From Torpedo marmorata (taxonomy: Eukaryota), in the NCBI GenBank assembly GCA_977017645.1, contig OZ360245.1, positions 26,226,001 through 26,290,000 of the forward strand: 64,000 nucleotides of DNA, written 5' to 3'. The translations under genes and the position numbers were made by a program. This document shows positions 24,353-37,920 of the stretch, piece by piece (positions within the stretch are counted from its first letter, which is position 1; each line of letters opens with the position of its first letter). The notes below the pieces were generated by a model. It did not search any database and was not told the DNA's origin. It saw only the letters and a program-made list of their open reading frames with translations.

Positions 24353-24593
24353 ACAGGAGATTAAGAATAAAAGAGAAGCAGAAGCAGGAGTAAACCCTTT
24401 GGCCCCTTGTGTCTCCTCCTCTATTCAACATTATTATGACTGATCCCTTACCTCAGTGCCACCTTCCTGTATTCATTCTATATTCTTTCATTTCCTTTAT
24501 CTTCAGACCAGTGTCAGACCTCTGTCTATCACTGATGTGGTCCATTATTTGATCTGAGTTTAAATTAAAATTTTCTTAAATTTGATTTTTAAA

Positions 24594-24841
24594 AAATTTA
24601 GACTTACAGCATAGCATGGTAACAGGACACTACGGCCCACGAGACCATGCTGCCCAATTTACACCCAATTAACCTACACCCCCAGTAAGTTTTGAACGGT
24701 GGGAGGAAACCAGAGCCCCCGGGGAAAACCCACTCAGACATGGGGAGAACGTACAAACTCCTTACAGACAGTGAGGGATTTGAACCCCGGTCCCGATCGC
24801 TGGCGCAATAAAGGCGTTGAGCTAACCGCTACGCCAACCGC
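24594..24841 (-). mobile_element. V-SINE copy
   Basis: Same family. Confidence 0.9.
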
Positions 24842-25149
24842 TACAGCATTCGCAGATAGAGGAAGGTTTGATTTGTGACTTATGCATTAAGTGGCCTTAT
24901 TGCCTGCATCCTGTTGGGGTCCTGTTTAGAACTGCCTGTGTCCTTCAGGGCAGTTGACATACAGGGAACATTGACGTTGCTCCTGCATGAATGCCATGTT
25001 TCATGCAATGTTTTTGGTCCTATTTGGGGTGGAAAATGACAGCTTCCTTGCAGTCCAGCCTGTTACGTGGAAAAAAAATGAAAACCACAACTAATGTTCT
25101 AAAACAGGAATTGAATGTCAAAAATCTTTCCAGCCAACAGAGTTATTTT

Positions 25150-26825
25150 TCTTTCAGTAAATTTTTATGATTTTTTGTAATTGTTATTCCTAAGTATTGG
25201 AATTGATCGTTCACTATTTTGAACGGAAAATTGGAATAACCAATAAAAGGTCCTTTTTAAGGCAATAGTTCACTCTTTTGTAGGTTTAATTTATACCCTG
25301 AAAATTGACTAAATTGAGTAAATAGGGTTAATATATTTAGTGTAGAGACTTCAGGTTTTGAAATAAATAACAATAAATCGTCTGCATAGAGAGATACTTT
25401 GTGTTCAATTCCGTTTCTAGTTATACCTTTAAATTCTCTACAATGTTGAAGAGCAACAGCTAAAGGTTCTAATACTATATCAAAAAGCAAAGGACTTAAC
25501 GGGCATCCTTATCGGGTTCCTCTATTAAGCCGAAACATATTTGATTGTTGTAAATTAGATCGAACTGAGGCCATAGGATAAGAGTATAATAACTTAATCC
25601 ATTTAATAAAATCAGAACCAAAATTGAATTTATCTAAAATAGCAAATAAATATTCCCACTCCACCCGATCAAATGCTTTTTCAGCATCTAGTGAAAGGAC
25701 ACATTCCATCGCTGGAGTAGAAGGTAAATATAAAATATTCAACAATCTATTAATGTTATAATATGAATAACGATTTTTAATAAATCCAGTCTGAACTGAA
25801 TCGATAATTAAAGGTAAAATATTTTCTAATCTATGTGCTAATACTTTAGACAAAATCTTCATATCCACATTAAGTAAAGAAATGGGTCTATAAGATGTGC
25901 ATTCAGTCGATTCTTTGCCCTTTTTAAGAATTAAGGAAATACTGGCCTCATTAAAAGATGCAGGAAGCTTACTCTCATTAGATGAGTCACACAATACCAC
26001 ACTCAGATGAGGTACAAGCTGTTTGGGGAAAGATTTATAAAATTACACAGGAAATCCGTCTGGCCCTGGAGATTTACCAGACTGTAGTGAGGAAATAGCG
26101 AGAGCTATATCCTCTTGAGAAATAGGTTTCTCCAAGCTTGCATGTTCATCCTGAGGTAGTACTGGAAGATTCAATCGATCCAAAAATTCCAACATCAAGT
26201 CATGATTATTACCAAATTCATATTTATAGAGGTTAGAATAAAATTCCTTAAAAGTCTCATTTATTTTAAGATAATCTGTTGTCATTTTTCCATCTTTCAT
26301 CCTAATCTTATTTATTTGTTTTTTTAGCAGAAATTCCTTTCAATTGTCCAGCTAGTAACTTACTAGTTTTTTCTCCATGAATATAAAAGAGACTTCTACT
26401 TCTTAACAATTGTTGTTCAATGGGATAAGTAGATAGAAGATCAAATTTTGCTTTAAGCACTAGTCTTCTCTTATAGAAATCCAGATTTTTATTTTGAGAA
26501 AATTGAATGTCAATTTGTTTAATCTGGTTAATTAAATCAGATCTTTCCTTATTAGATTTCTTCTTAATATTAGCAGTATATGAAATCATTTGTCCTCACA
26601 AATAGGCTTTCATAGTGTCCCAAACTATCAAATTAGACATCGTTGGAGAAAAGTTAGTAGCAAAAAAGAACTGTATTTGCTTCTCCATAAAGTTTAAAAA
26701 TCTTGATTTTCAAGGAGAGTCGTATTAAATCTCCAATGTCTTTTTGTAAATGGGATATCATAGAAGTTCATAGATAAAATAACTGGAGCATGATCAGAAA
26801 TCACTATTCCTTGATATTCGCATGA
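25150..26825 (-). mobile_element. L1-clade LINE ORF2 fragment (EN end to RT)
   Basis: Consecutive ORFs: KSPGPDGFPV, YRPISLLNVDMKIL, SLDAEKAFDRVEW, SLYADDLLLF, FSGYKLNLQKS. Confidence 0.92.
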
Positions 26826-27289
26826 TTTAAACAGTTATTTTTGACATCAGAAATGACCCTTGCATACTCTGTGATCTGCATCCCTGCACACCAGAAGTAG
26901 CCACACTTTCCTTGTTGATGCCCACCTGAGCATTGCAATGCAATATATCACTGGAAGTCTCAAATTGATCCAAACACCCCAAATGCTGTGCTGTCTCTCT
27001 TTCATTTACTACAATACTGCAACCCTCTGGGAAGTCCAGCAACTCAAGGGAATAGAAACTCTCTCCACCCACAAGGACCTGAACCAACATCTGTTAACAA
27101 TTCATGTCCTTTTGGACATACTTATATAACCTGCATCAATGCTGTCTCAAGCCTGAAATGAGTTCACAAGAGGTCGCAAAAAAATATCTAAGAAAACTTC
27201 CGGCTTTCACTTTAACCTAGACCACAGAAACGCTATGTCAGGCTGTTGTTCATTGACTGCAGCTTGTTATTCATCATATTTGCAAAACA

Positions 27290-28190
27290 TGACCAAGGTA
27301 AAGGATCTGGGACCCTGTCCTTCCCTCTGCAACTGGATCCTCGACTTGCTCATCGACGGACCCCAATCAGTGTGGATTGACAATGTCACTTCCTCCACCC
27401 TGACCATCAAGGCTGTGTGCTGAGTTCCCTACTCTGTTGTTTGTAAATCCATGACTCTGCAGCCAAGTTCAGCTCCAATTCATTCTACAAATTCACTGAT
27501 ACACCACCATTGTTTGCTGAATAACTGGAAATGATGAGTCAGAAGGCACAATCGAGATTGAGAACCTAGTTGAGTGGTGCCCAAACAACAATCTTGCTCT
27601 CAATGTCACAAGACCAAAGATCTTATTGTTAGGAAGGAGAGGCCAAGAGATCACACACCTGTCAGCAGGTGGAGAGGGTGAAGACCTTCAAGTTCCATAT
27701 TTTAGAAGACCTTTCGTGCATGTCGAGGCAACCACGATGAAGTCTCACCAACGCCTCTACTTCCTAAAGAGTCTGAGGAGATTTAGCATACCATCGGATA
27801 CTCTACCAAACTGTGGATACTGACTGGTTGCATCACAGCCTAATTTGATCATTCAAGTGCCCAGGAATGCAGAAGGCCACAGAAAGTAGCAAACATAGCC
27901 AGGTTCATCACAGACTCTGACCTCCCATCTATTGCAGCAATCTATGTGAGGCGCTGCCTCAAGAAGGCAGCCAGCATCATAAAGGATGCTGACCACCCTG
28001 GTCATTACCTCTCCTCACTGCTGCCCTTGGGCAGGAAGTACAGAAGCCTGAAAACCAGCACCTCTAGGTTCAAGAACAATTTCTTTCCAAAAGCTATCAG
28101 ACTCTTGAACCTCCCCTTGGGACACTAATCATAGACTGCTCTGTCAGCTCAAAAGGATGTCCGCACTATTGCAAGTCACTTTATTTTGTA
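27290..28190 (+). mobile_element. Decayed Rex1-type LINE
   Basis: LCNWILD, QRLYFLKSLRRF, KAASIIKDADHPGHYLSSLLPLGRKYRSL. Confidence 0.85.
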
Positions 28191-28536
28191 CAGTACGTTT
28201 CCCCATATCTGAAAAGCTTGGGACCGGAAGGTTTTCGGTTATTGTTTTTTTTTCGGTTAACGGAACAATTGGCTTTAAGCAGCCCAGTAGCATCAGCAGA
28301 ATACTTGTATCAGTAGTTAAACAACAACAAAAAACAACGGCAGGCTTTTCGATCATGAAATAATGTTAAATATGTACCGTTGTTATCAAAATTAAGCCAA
28401 CAGAGCATCAGAGCCCCACATGGGGAAGTCGGGTGATAAATTTTTGCAACTTGTGACGTCATGTCGGTGTCGCAAAAAAAGTTCGGTTAATGGATAATTT
28501 CGGTTAACGGAACTTCGGATAAGGGGAAACGTACTG
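28191..28536. mobile_element. Tigger/pogo-type MITE (MER46/Tigger4-like), 346 bp
   Basis: TIR CAGTACGTTTCCCC(A/T)TATC(T/C)GAA; TA on both sides (28189-90, 28537-38). Confidence 0.9.
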
Positions 28537-29911
28537 TATGAGAAACACTGTGAATATTTATTATCTATCTATCTGATGTATTTCTTATCTTTTGTAATTC
28601 AATTAAGTTTTGCTTCCTGAACACTCTTGAGTGTATTTTATGGAGTTTAGGCTGCTGATCACGCAATTCACCTTAACATTTTCCTATCACGTACCGTTTT
28701 TTAGATATAACCTATGTTTGTGGTTTCCTGTCATATTTTAAGTCTACTAGTATATTGCCCACAAAGCAAGCTGTTTTGGTCAGTCCAAGCATACCTGGGC
28801 ATGCACTCAGTGCAGGTGCTATGCAAATGTTGTCTTAGGCCTGGGCATGCTTAGTCAGGATAGATGTAGACAGGCTATAAAAGTAGCTCACATATTCAGA
28901 TGCTGTGCATTAATTTGATATATATTGAACACATGTTGATGCACATGTTCTTCAGGCAATATTATAGCGAGTGTACTTAACAATAGCATTTATTGTCATC
29001 AGGAATGGGGCTCAGGCCTCAGAATGCTTTTCTCCCCATTGACTGTCCAGATTATTTTTGACCTGAAGATGTGGAATCAAACTTATAGGATGTTTTACAA
29101 CTTGACTGAAAGGCCAACAATTTAATTCACTTTTGGTTAGGTCAGGTTTGGCAAGAGGGATATCCAGGATTCTGGAATCAGCAGTGGACCATTCAACCCC
29201 CTGTCGGAATATCCGATCAGGCAGTGGATGCTGACCTGTGTCTCAGCTTCTGCAGCCTCCTGTATGGTCTTGAGTACAGAAATGTCTGAGGGGAGGTTCT
29301 GAGGAGGGAGGGGGATGGGGTAGGAAGAGTAAGGGGAGGGGAGGGAGAATTAACACCTGGCAAGTTATTCAACTCTCTGGAGCAACATATTTTCATGCAA
29401 ACTCCATTTAGAAATGCACGATCAAGAGAGGGAAGCCATTTCAAGTGAAGGTTGCAATCACTGCGAAATGCTACTTGTACACGGGGTGAAGGTGAAGGAA
29501 CATGAAGAGAGTTATTTGTCTCCTTTCTCCTTTCTTTCATTTAGATTTTGGATATCCACAACCTCAACTCAATTTACCAGCCTAGGATCCAGACATATCC
29601 TGGCATTTGACTCTATAGCTATGGGTCCTATTCTGAACTTGACCCATCATTCGGCTCCAGATTTCCTCTCCTCTTTGTGAGGCTCCTGAGTTCCAAACGA
29701 TGTCACCGAAAGATAATTTTACCATGATGTAGCTTGCTTATCAACAAGTAGCCATTCCTGATTTGATTCCCTAATTATTGCAAAGCAAACAGAAGCATCT
29801 GCATTTTCAAATGTAATTGGTGTCGACGTGACCATGCCCAGAGAACTGATGTAAATCCAATTGCTGTTCTGATTGTGTCAAAATCAAAGTAGATTGGATT
29901 AATTTAGTACA

Positions 29912-30748
29912 ATACACAACAACAACCTCACACTCAATGTCACCAAAAACAAGGAGCTGATTATTAACTTCAGGAAGGGAAAACCAGAGGTGTACGATCT
30001 AGTGATCTTTGGGGGACCAGATGTGGAGAGGGTGAGCAAATTTAAGTTCTTGGGAGTCACTATCTCGAAGGATCTTTCCTGGACCCAACACACTAATGGC
30101 ATCATGAAGGAAGCACGTCAGTGCCTTTACTTCCTCAGGAGTTTGCTGAGGTTTGGTACGACATTGGGAACCCTGGCAAATTTCTCCAGATGTGTGGTGG
30201 AAAGTGTGCTGACTGGCTGCATCACGGTCTGGTGTGGGGACACCAATATCCCTGAGCATAAAGCCCTGCAAAAGGTAATGGATACAGCTCAGGACATCAC
30301 AGGCAAAACCCTCCCCACCATCGACATTAATTACAGGGAACGCAGCCGTCGGAGAACAGCAACAATCATCAAGCATCCACGTCACAAGCACACGCTCTGT
30401 TCTCGCTGCTACCATCAGGAAAGAAATACAGGTGCCACAAGACTTGCACCACCAGGTTCAGGAACAGCTGCTTCCCCTCCACAATCAGACTCCTCAACAA
30501 CAAACTCAATCCGAGACTCATTTAAGGACTCTTACTTTTGCACTTTATTGATTTTTTTCTCTCTGTGTTGCACAGTCAGTTTGTTCACATTTCTTTATTT
30601 GTTTACATATGTATGTATCTTCTTGAGTACAGTGTTTTGCACTACCAATAAGTGGTAACTTTGCCTCGCCCGCAGGAAAAAGAATCTCAGGGTTGTATGT
30701 GATGTCATGTATGTACTCTGTCAATAAATCTGAACTTTGAACTTTGAA
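29912..30748 (+). mobile_element. Rex1/Babar LINE 3' fragment
   Basis: ORF 29990..30658 has FKFLGVTISKDLSW and ESVLTGCITVW; tail AATAAATCTGAACTTTGAACTTTGAA. Confidence 0.9.
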
Positions 30749-30968
30749 ATATGCTGAAGAAATTCAGCAGGTCACACAGCATCCATAAGAGGTAAAGGGT
30801 AACTAACGTTTTGGCCCTGAACCCTTTGTCAAGGTATGAGGCTGAAGGACTCAGGCCTGAAATGTTGGTCACCCTTTACTTTCTATGGATGCTGTGTGAC
30901 CTACTGAGCATCTCCAGCACATTTGTGTATTGCATTCGACCCCAGCATCTGCAGATTTCCTTGTTTCA
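30749..30968. repeat. Inverted pair of Penelope pseudo-LTR termini
   Basis: 30749-30838 (minus) and 30843-30968 (plus) are diverged reverse complements (CAGCAGGTCACACAGCATCCATA / TATGGATGCTGTGTGACCTACTG). Confidence 0.8.
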
Positions 30969-32012
30969 CTGGATTAATTTTGTCCCAGTTTGTCTGTTTG
31001 CTCTGTTCTGCAGAGCTAACTGAGCTTTTAAGTTTATCCGAAAATTAAGCATTACAAACACCAAGTGGGTGACCAGGAGAGCTGATGAAAGGATTATTAA
31101 GGTGAGGAGATTAGAAGATAAAGTGAAAATTGGCTGAACACAACCCATTGCTGAGGTGTGTGCTCAGTGTGACTCGAGGTCACAGGATGTTTACTTGCTG
31201 GGCAAGAGGAAAATGTCACATGGTCTAAGTGCAAAACTTACCAACTGCATGTAAGAAAGATGTCGGAAACAAGAGACACTCCGAATCCTGAATGCACACT
31301 CCCTCATTTCAGCCGTCCCCGCAATTCATTTCTCTTTAGCTTGGAGCATATTCCTCCATCTGCCCTTCCCCCCCTCACTCCGAGGTAGCCAGTGCCTTGG
31401 TGCAGTCATGGAGGGGGTGCTCCACCACTTTACCCTGTGTCCTGGGTCAGTGGTCAGCAAAGGCTGTTAGTCACATCCCTGATTCTGAAACCTGTCAATG
31501 CAGAGCTTTCCCAGGCTACTGGGGTCCAAGGAAAAGGGCGTAGTTTAGGATGGGAACCTAATCAGCGTCCAAGAAAACAGGAGTGTAGCTGTATTGCAAA
31601 GAAGGTGATTTATGTCTTTTCGACTGCTGTTAACTCCAGCATGTCCTGTAAGCAAAAATTCTCTGCTCCAAGGTACGGCAGTTCTGATTATTATCAGCAG
31701 ACATCATCTATTGTAATAACCTCGACAGTAAGTTTACCCCATTCATGCCAAAACTTGGAAAACTAATTGCTCTTGTCCAGAGCCCAATTCATGAAATTGA
31801 ATGTATAAAGTTAATATTTAAGCTCATTGATTGAAGAAAAAGGCTGCGTTTATGTTGCACCTTTGATGATCTCAGGTTGTGCAAAGCTTTTTGCAACCAA
31901 CTAAGCATTTCAGAAATAAAAGCAGAAGTGGTGGAAGAACTCAGCCAGTCACGGACAGAGAAACCCCAGTTAATGTTTTGGGGCAGGGACTCTTCCTCAG
32001 TTCTTAAATTTT

Positions 32013-32214
32013 CAATTTTATTTACAGCACGGTAGAAGCCGTTTCCGGCCATTGAGAACCCGTGCTACCCAATTATACCCAATTAACCGGAGCACCGGGG
32101 AAAACCCACGTAGACACGGGGAGAACGTACAAACTCCTTACAGACAGCGCCGGATTTGAACCCGGGTCGCTGGTGCTGTAATAGCGTCGTGCTAACTACT
32201 ACACTAATCGTGCC
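32013..32214 (-). mobile_element. V-SINE copy with internal deletion
   Basis: Lacks ~40 bp between two AACC motifs; lies between inverted Penelope termini. Confidence 0.85.
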
Positions 32215-32294
32215 AGTTCTGGCTGAGTTCTTCCAGTGTTTTTGCTTTCCATTCAGATTCCAAAATCTGCAATTTTTTTTGTTGCTTTCTGTAT

Positions 32295-32590
32295 ATCTTT
32301 CACAAGATATGTTGTGGAAATATTTGTGGTTAATTTGTGCATAGTTAGCTCCCACAAATTGCGAGAGATAATGACCAAATAATCTGATGCTAGTGGCGTC
32401 GATGGATGGATAGATTTTGGGGAGGACATTTTGGCAGCAGTCCCTGCTTGCCTTACAAATAGGTCACATTAGAAAAGCAACACCCCTGACAACCCAGCCT
32501 TCTCCCAGTAGAGGTTAGGTTTTAATACTCCAGCATCTAGAGTGAGGTTTGAACCTACAACCTGTTAACTTACAGGTGAAATCCACAGCA
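32295..32590 (-). mobile_element. Old Deu-domain SINE remnant
   Basis: AATTTGTGCATAGTTAGCTCCCACAAA..GATAATGACCAAATAATCTG resembles the antisense Deu domain; tRNA-like head at right. Confidence 0.6.
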
Positions 32591-33175
32591 ATAGGTTATT
32601 ATCACAAACTTCAATGCAACTGCTCCTGTCAAAATATTCACCTATTCTACACTTGGTCCCACCAACATAAAGAAGGCCAAATTGCCAGCGGCAAATGCAG
32701 TTACACCAGCTTAGAGGAGATTCAGGTGAATTGGTGTTGAGGTCCCGGGATAGTGGTGAGTGGAGGGTGAAAGGATAGGTGATACCCACCTGTCCCTTTG
32801 CCTGGCCTCTCAGAACCATCCAAATCACCAACTCCTGGGCAATGAGGAATGGGCACATTCCCCTGATGCAAACAACTCATAAAAATAAACTAATCTGCCC
32901 ATATTTTGTCTCTCTGTAAACTGCTGGTCCCATTGAGTGGCCTGAAGTGCCACATCCTCTCGATTCCACCACTCTCCCACCCAAGCTATCTTGTCCCGTG
33001 AAAAGAGCTTTATTTGTATGGTGCTCAGCATAGCTGTCTCAAAATTAAAGCGTTTAAACCATGGTTCGCCTTTGTAATCTAGTGTATTTATGTGGTCAAA
33101 GGTCCCTGCCCTCTTCTGTTGGACGTTTATTTGGTTCAGTTTATTTAGCCATTTCATTCCTTGCTTTGTTTTCTG

Positions 33176-33480
33176 TCGGCACAGTTGGCGTAGCTGTTGG
33201 CGCAGCGCCGTTGCAGTGCCAGCAGTTGGGACCGAGTTTTGAGTCCCGCGCTGTCTGTGAGGCGTTTGTGTGTTCTCCCCGTGTCTGTGCGGGTTTTCCC
33301 CAGGGGCTTCTGGTTTTCTCCCACCGTTCGAGGCATGCCAGGGGTTGTAGGTTGGTTGGGTGTGGTTGGGCAGCGCGAGCTCGTGGGCCGAAATGGTCTG
33401 TTACCATGCTGTATGTCTAATTTAAAAAAAAATTAAATTTAAATTAAAAAAAATTAAATTTAAATTAAAAAATTTAAAAA
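33176..33480 (+). mobile_element. V-SINE copy with expanded AT-rich tail
   Basis: Same family; tail contains tandem AAAAAAATTAAATTTAAATT units. Confidence 0.85.
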
Positions 33481-34577
33481 GATGTCACAAACCTGGGAGC
33501 AAGAGATGACACAAAGGTGATAAACATGGCCAAATGCACTGCACCGAGAAAAGATATGGAAAGAATAAGAAAGGAAGGCCTTGGCCTAAAGGTAGTCCCA
33601 GTTCTCATCTGCTGAGTGTCCTGCCCTTTCTGTTCAACTCAGGGTTCAAGCATTTTTAATATTAAAAGGGGTGGGATAAAGGCTGATAGGTGATAGGTGG
33701 AAAGAGATAGAGAGTTTATATAAAACTTCAAGCCATCAACGGTGTTGTTCATGTCAACCTGATCGCATGGATGCTGAGATCAATCACTGGACAGTCACGT
33801 CTTTCCTTCCAAACATCATTACTCACTCATTACTTCCAGAAGAGTGCCATGAGTAATTGGACACCGTGCATTCAGTAAAAATGTAAAGTCGTTCAACAAC
33901 ATTCTGTGTTATGTGAACAATATGTACAACCAAGATTCTATAGATGCCTTTTGAGAACAATCACCATCGAGCAATTCAGTTTGATAGAAAATTATTCCAT
34001 AGATGTCTTTGCACTCGGACAAAAGGCTGGTGAGGAAAACACTAGGCTGCTTTAGTTTCTACAAAGAAGCTTTTTTCAAAAACATGTCTTGCTTTGTTCA
34101 TAGCTTCAGTCCTTAATGTATCATTAACTATTGATTGGATGGTCTTCTCGATTGAACAATAATCTGTAAAAGCTCCGCATTAAATTCTTCACATTGTTCC
34201 CTGATTGAATTGTGAAAGATTTTATTTCTTTTTTTCTTCAGTGGCAAATTACAAAGCAAGTATCAAAGATGTTGTTTGTGATGAGTGCTATGTTTTTATT
34301 CCCTTTTGATTTGACTTGTTCAAAACTCACCTTATTCCACTCCCATGCCCATGCCCGAACTCACATGAGTCCTTGCTCTCGCCCCATCTCTATACTTGTC
34401 AACTAAAATTGTCCCACAGTTAAGCAATGCATCAGATTTTAAATTCTCACATGTGTTTGCCAACCCATTATTGCCTCATCCATTCTGTTCTACAAACCTC
34501 AGAGATATTTGTTCCTCCAATACCGACATCATTGTGCATTGATGATCAGTTTTGTAGGCAAATGTGGCAGTCTCATA

Positions 34578-34777
34578 CACAGGAATTATCCAGAATTCAA
34601 GCAACCGGCAAAAAAGAAACCGCAGAAAATAAATTGGTAAAAAATACGAAAGTTTAAAATTGGCGCCCCCAGCGGTTAATTCGCCAATCACACAACACGC
34701 AATCGCAAGCAACTGGAAAATTCACTTATCCAGCATCTACCAATCCCTATAGGTGCTGGATACTGGGGGTTTTAATG
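34578..34777. mobile_element. Tigger-like MITE, inverted homologue of 57637-57823
   Basis: AAAATTCACTTATCCAGCATCTACCAATCCCT is the reverse complement of the 57660-57700 segment. Confidence 0.75.
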
Positions 34778-34929
34778 TATTAAGATGAGATGAGACAATG
34801 AGCAGGCCTGTTTGAATGGTGTTGGGTTGGGGCTTACAACTGCAGCACAATTACTCTTCTTGTGTTTGCTATTCATGATTCCATTGAGTTTTGGCTTCAC
34901 TGGTGTATGACGCTTATATTATTATTAGT

Positions 34930-35960
34930 AGTGTAAACTGTACTCAAGAAAAAGATACGTATACATAAGAGCGAAATGTTAACAAAGGAAGAAATGTAAA
35001 CAAGCTGACTGTGCAAATGCAGAAAAAATAAATATTCAGTAATAAATAATGTGCAAAGTACGAGTCCTTAAATGAGTCTCTGATTGAGTTTTTTGTTTAG
35101 GAGTCTGATGGCGGAGAGGTAACAACTGTTCCTCAACCTGGTAGTATGAGTCTTGTGGCACCTGCACCTCTTTCCTGATGGCAGCAGTGAGAACAGAGCA
35201 TGGGTGGTATGGATCCTTTTTTTTGGAATATTTTATTTTAAAATTTTTATTCATACATGCATAATCATATAATACATAACAAAATGTCAGTTATTATTAT
35301 TACACTACTTATACACGATGGGTAAACCCCAGCCCCCCTTCCCCCTTCCCCCAAACCAAAACCCCAGAAAAGAAGAAAGAAAAGAAGGAAAAGAAATAGA
35401 AGAAAAGTATGAAGAAAGATAAAGTGACCTGGATGGTAAAAATTCGCCACCTACATCACGGTTTTTAATTAGTTACTTTTTTTTTCTTCATATATTTCTC
35501 AGGGGGAAATTAATGAGGCACTTGATAAGGGAAAAGACAAAACTATAAATTTATTCCTACAATTTGTAAATATGGGTGCCATATTTTCAAAAATACATCA
35601 TATTTATTTCTTAAATTGTAAGTAATCTTCTCAAGTGGGATACAACTACGCATTTCTGTATTCCACCGTTCCATACCCAAATGGGAGTCTGATTTCCAAG
35701 TTACTGCTATACATTTTTTTGCTGCTGCTAATGCAATTTTAAAAAATTATTTTTGATACACATTTAATTTCAATTTTGGTCTTGTCCCCTCAATATTACC
35801 TAATAAAAACAACATTGGATCTTATGGAAATTTAGTTCTCATAATCTGCTCTAAAAAAGTTATGGATCCTTGATGAATGCTGCTGCACTCTGACGGCAGT
35901 GTTCCATGTAGATTTTCTCGAAGGTGGGGAGAGTTTTGCATGTGATGTAATGGGCTGTGT
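34930..35960 (-). mobile_element. Rex1 3' fragment split by an L1 insertion
   Basis: Matches 2140-2760; continuous across 35217-35860 once the L1 and one TSD copy are removed. Confidence 0.8.
35217..35860 (-). mobile_element. 5'-truncated L1 with poly(A) and 11-bp TSD TATGGATCCTT
   Basis: TSD at 35208-35218 and 35861-35871; minus strand encodes DPMLFLLGNI and the ORF2 C-terminus homologous to 52376..52894. Confidence 0.9.
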
Positions 35961-36414
35961 CGATGTTTCTGAAGGGGCTCTCTTTCCTGTTTTAATAATG
36001 GTGCCAGGTTACTTGGCAACTCTTTGTTTGCCTTTGGAGGGCAAACAAAGGAAAGATTTTTGTGCACTTTGTGTACATGACAATAAATGAAATTTTCATT
36101 TGGCCTACACCCCCATTACAATCCAGCACCACTTACCCTTATCCCCCCCCTAGACTGAGGTTACATTGGCAGGTTCAAAGTACATGTTCAGTAGGGTTTT
36201 AGAATATGTATTGGACAAGTTAATTCCAATGCTTTTAATCCAAGACGTGAAGTAGTCTTCAGCCACCTGCGAGGACAAAGAAAACTTCATCTGAGAGACC
36301 AAACCTCTGGCATCAGTGCACTCCAGTCCTGGGCTGAGCTGTCAGTGCAGATTATTTGCCTGCCTCTAAAATATGGGATTTAAACCAACTGTCTGTTACC
36401 ACAGAGCTAAGTAC

Positions 36415-37920
36415 TGAAGGACTGTGCAGACCAACTAACGGAGGTCGTTACAGACATCTTCAACACGTCACTGCAGCAGTCCATCGTCCCCATGAGCTTC
36501 AAGACAGCCACCATCATCCCGGTACCAAAGAGGGCGACAGTAACAGGCCTCAATAACTACCACCCCGTGGCACTGACCTCCACCATAATAAGATGCTTCG
36601 AGCGTCTTGCGATGGAATGCATCAAAGCGCACCTCCCAGAGACACTGAACCCATTTCAATTCACCTACAGACGGAACCGTTTCACTGATGATGCTATGGT
36701 CTTTTCTCTTCACTCTGTCCTGACCTACCTGGAGAATGATGCCTCATACACCAGGCTGCTGTTCATCGACTTCAGCTCGGCGTTTAATACGATCATTCCC
36801 CAGAGGCTGGTTGAAAAACTGTCCTCACTGGGACTCAACACCCCTCTCTGTAACTGGAATGTGCACTTCCTAGGAGAAAGACCACAGTCTGTCTGGGTCG
36901 GTAGCAGAACGTCGAACACTGTCATGCAGAGCACTGGCGCACCTCAGGGCTGTGTGCTCAGCCTGCTTCTGTTCACACTACTGACCCACGACTGCAACGA
37001 CAGATCCAGCTCCAACAGTGTCATCAAGTTTGCAGATGATTCGACAGTGGATGGCCTCATCAGCAACAACAATGAGTTGCACTACAGAGAAGAGATGGAA
37101 AATCTCGTGTTATGGTGCGAGAGTAACAACCTGAATCTCAATATGGATAAGTCAAAGGAGATGATCATGTATTTCAGGAGGATGAGGGATGACCACCCTC
37201 CACTACAAATCAACAACTCTGTAGTGGAGAGAGTGGAGAGCACCAAGTTCCTTAGAGTCCACTTAACTAGTGACCTATCCTGGACACACATCATCTCCTC
37301 AATTGTTAGGAAGGCGCAACAGCGACTGCACTTCCTGAGACGACTGAGGCTACCGGCCACCAACCTGTCGTCTTTCTACAGGAACTCAATCGAGAACGTC
37401 TTGGCTGGCTGCATCACAGTGTGGTATGGTTCTGCAGAGCATTGGATTGGAGGTCAATCCACACCACTATAAGAGTATCACCATAAGAAAATCACTGGAG
37501 TCTCCCTCCCCTGCATCGATGTGATCTACCGGGATCGTTGTCTGAAGAGGGCTCGCAAAATCGTTAAGGACTCCTACCACCCTGCACACAGAATCTTCCA
37601 GCTACTCCCGTCAGGAAAGAGATACAGAAGTATCAGAGCCAGAACCACCAGGCTGAGAAACAGCTTCTTTCCACGGGCAGTGAGACTGCCGAATGACTGA
37701 TGAACTGCTCATACAATCCCTCTGAGACTCTACTATTATTTAACAATATTTATTTATTTTTATATACACCATGTTCTGCATATAATGTAAATCGCTTGTA
37801 AATATGTGTGCTATGTCTATATATGTGTTTGCATGTTTTTTACATTGAGGACCGAAAAACGCTGTTTCGTCCAGTTGTACTTTACAACTGCATGATAATA
37901 ATAAACTTGAACTTAAACTA
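36415..37920 (+). mobile_element. Rex1/Babar LINE, 5'-truncated, RT to 3' end
   Basis: ORF 36492..37472 (326 aa) has [23 protein letters not shown] and KFADD; frameshifted C-terminus; tail AATAAACTTGAACTTAAACT. Confidence 0.95.

Noticed and set aside
36492-37472. Intact host gene or prokaryotic RT (retron/DGR/group II intron)
   Set aside because: Motifs and tail are those of a truncated, frameshifted Rex1/Babar LINE.
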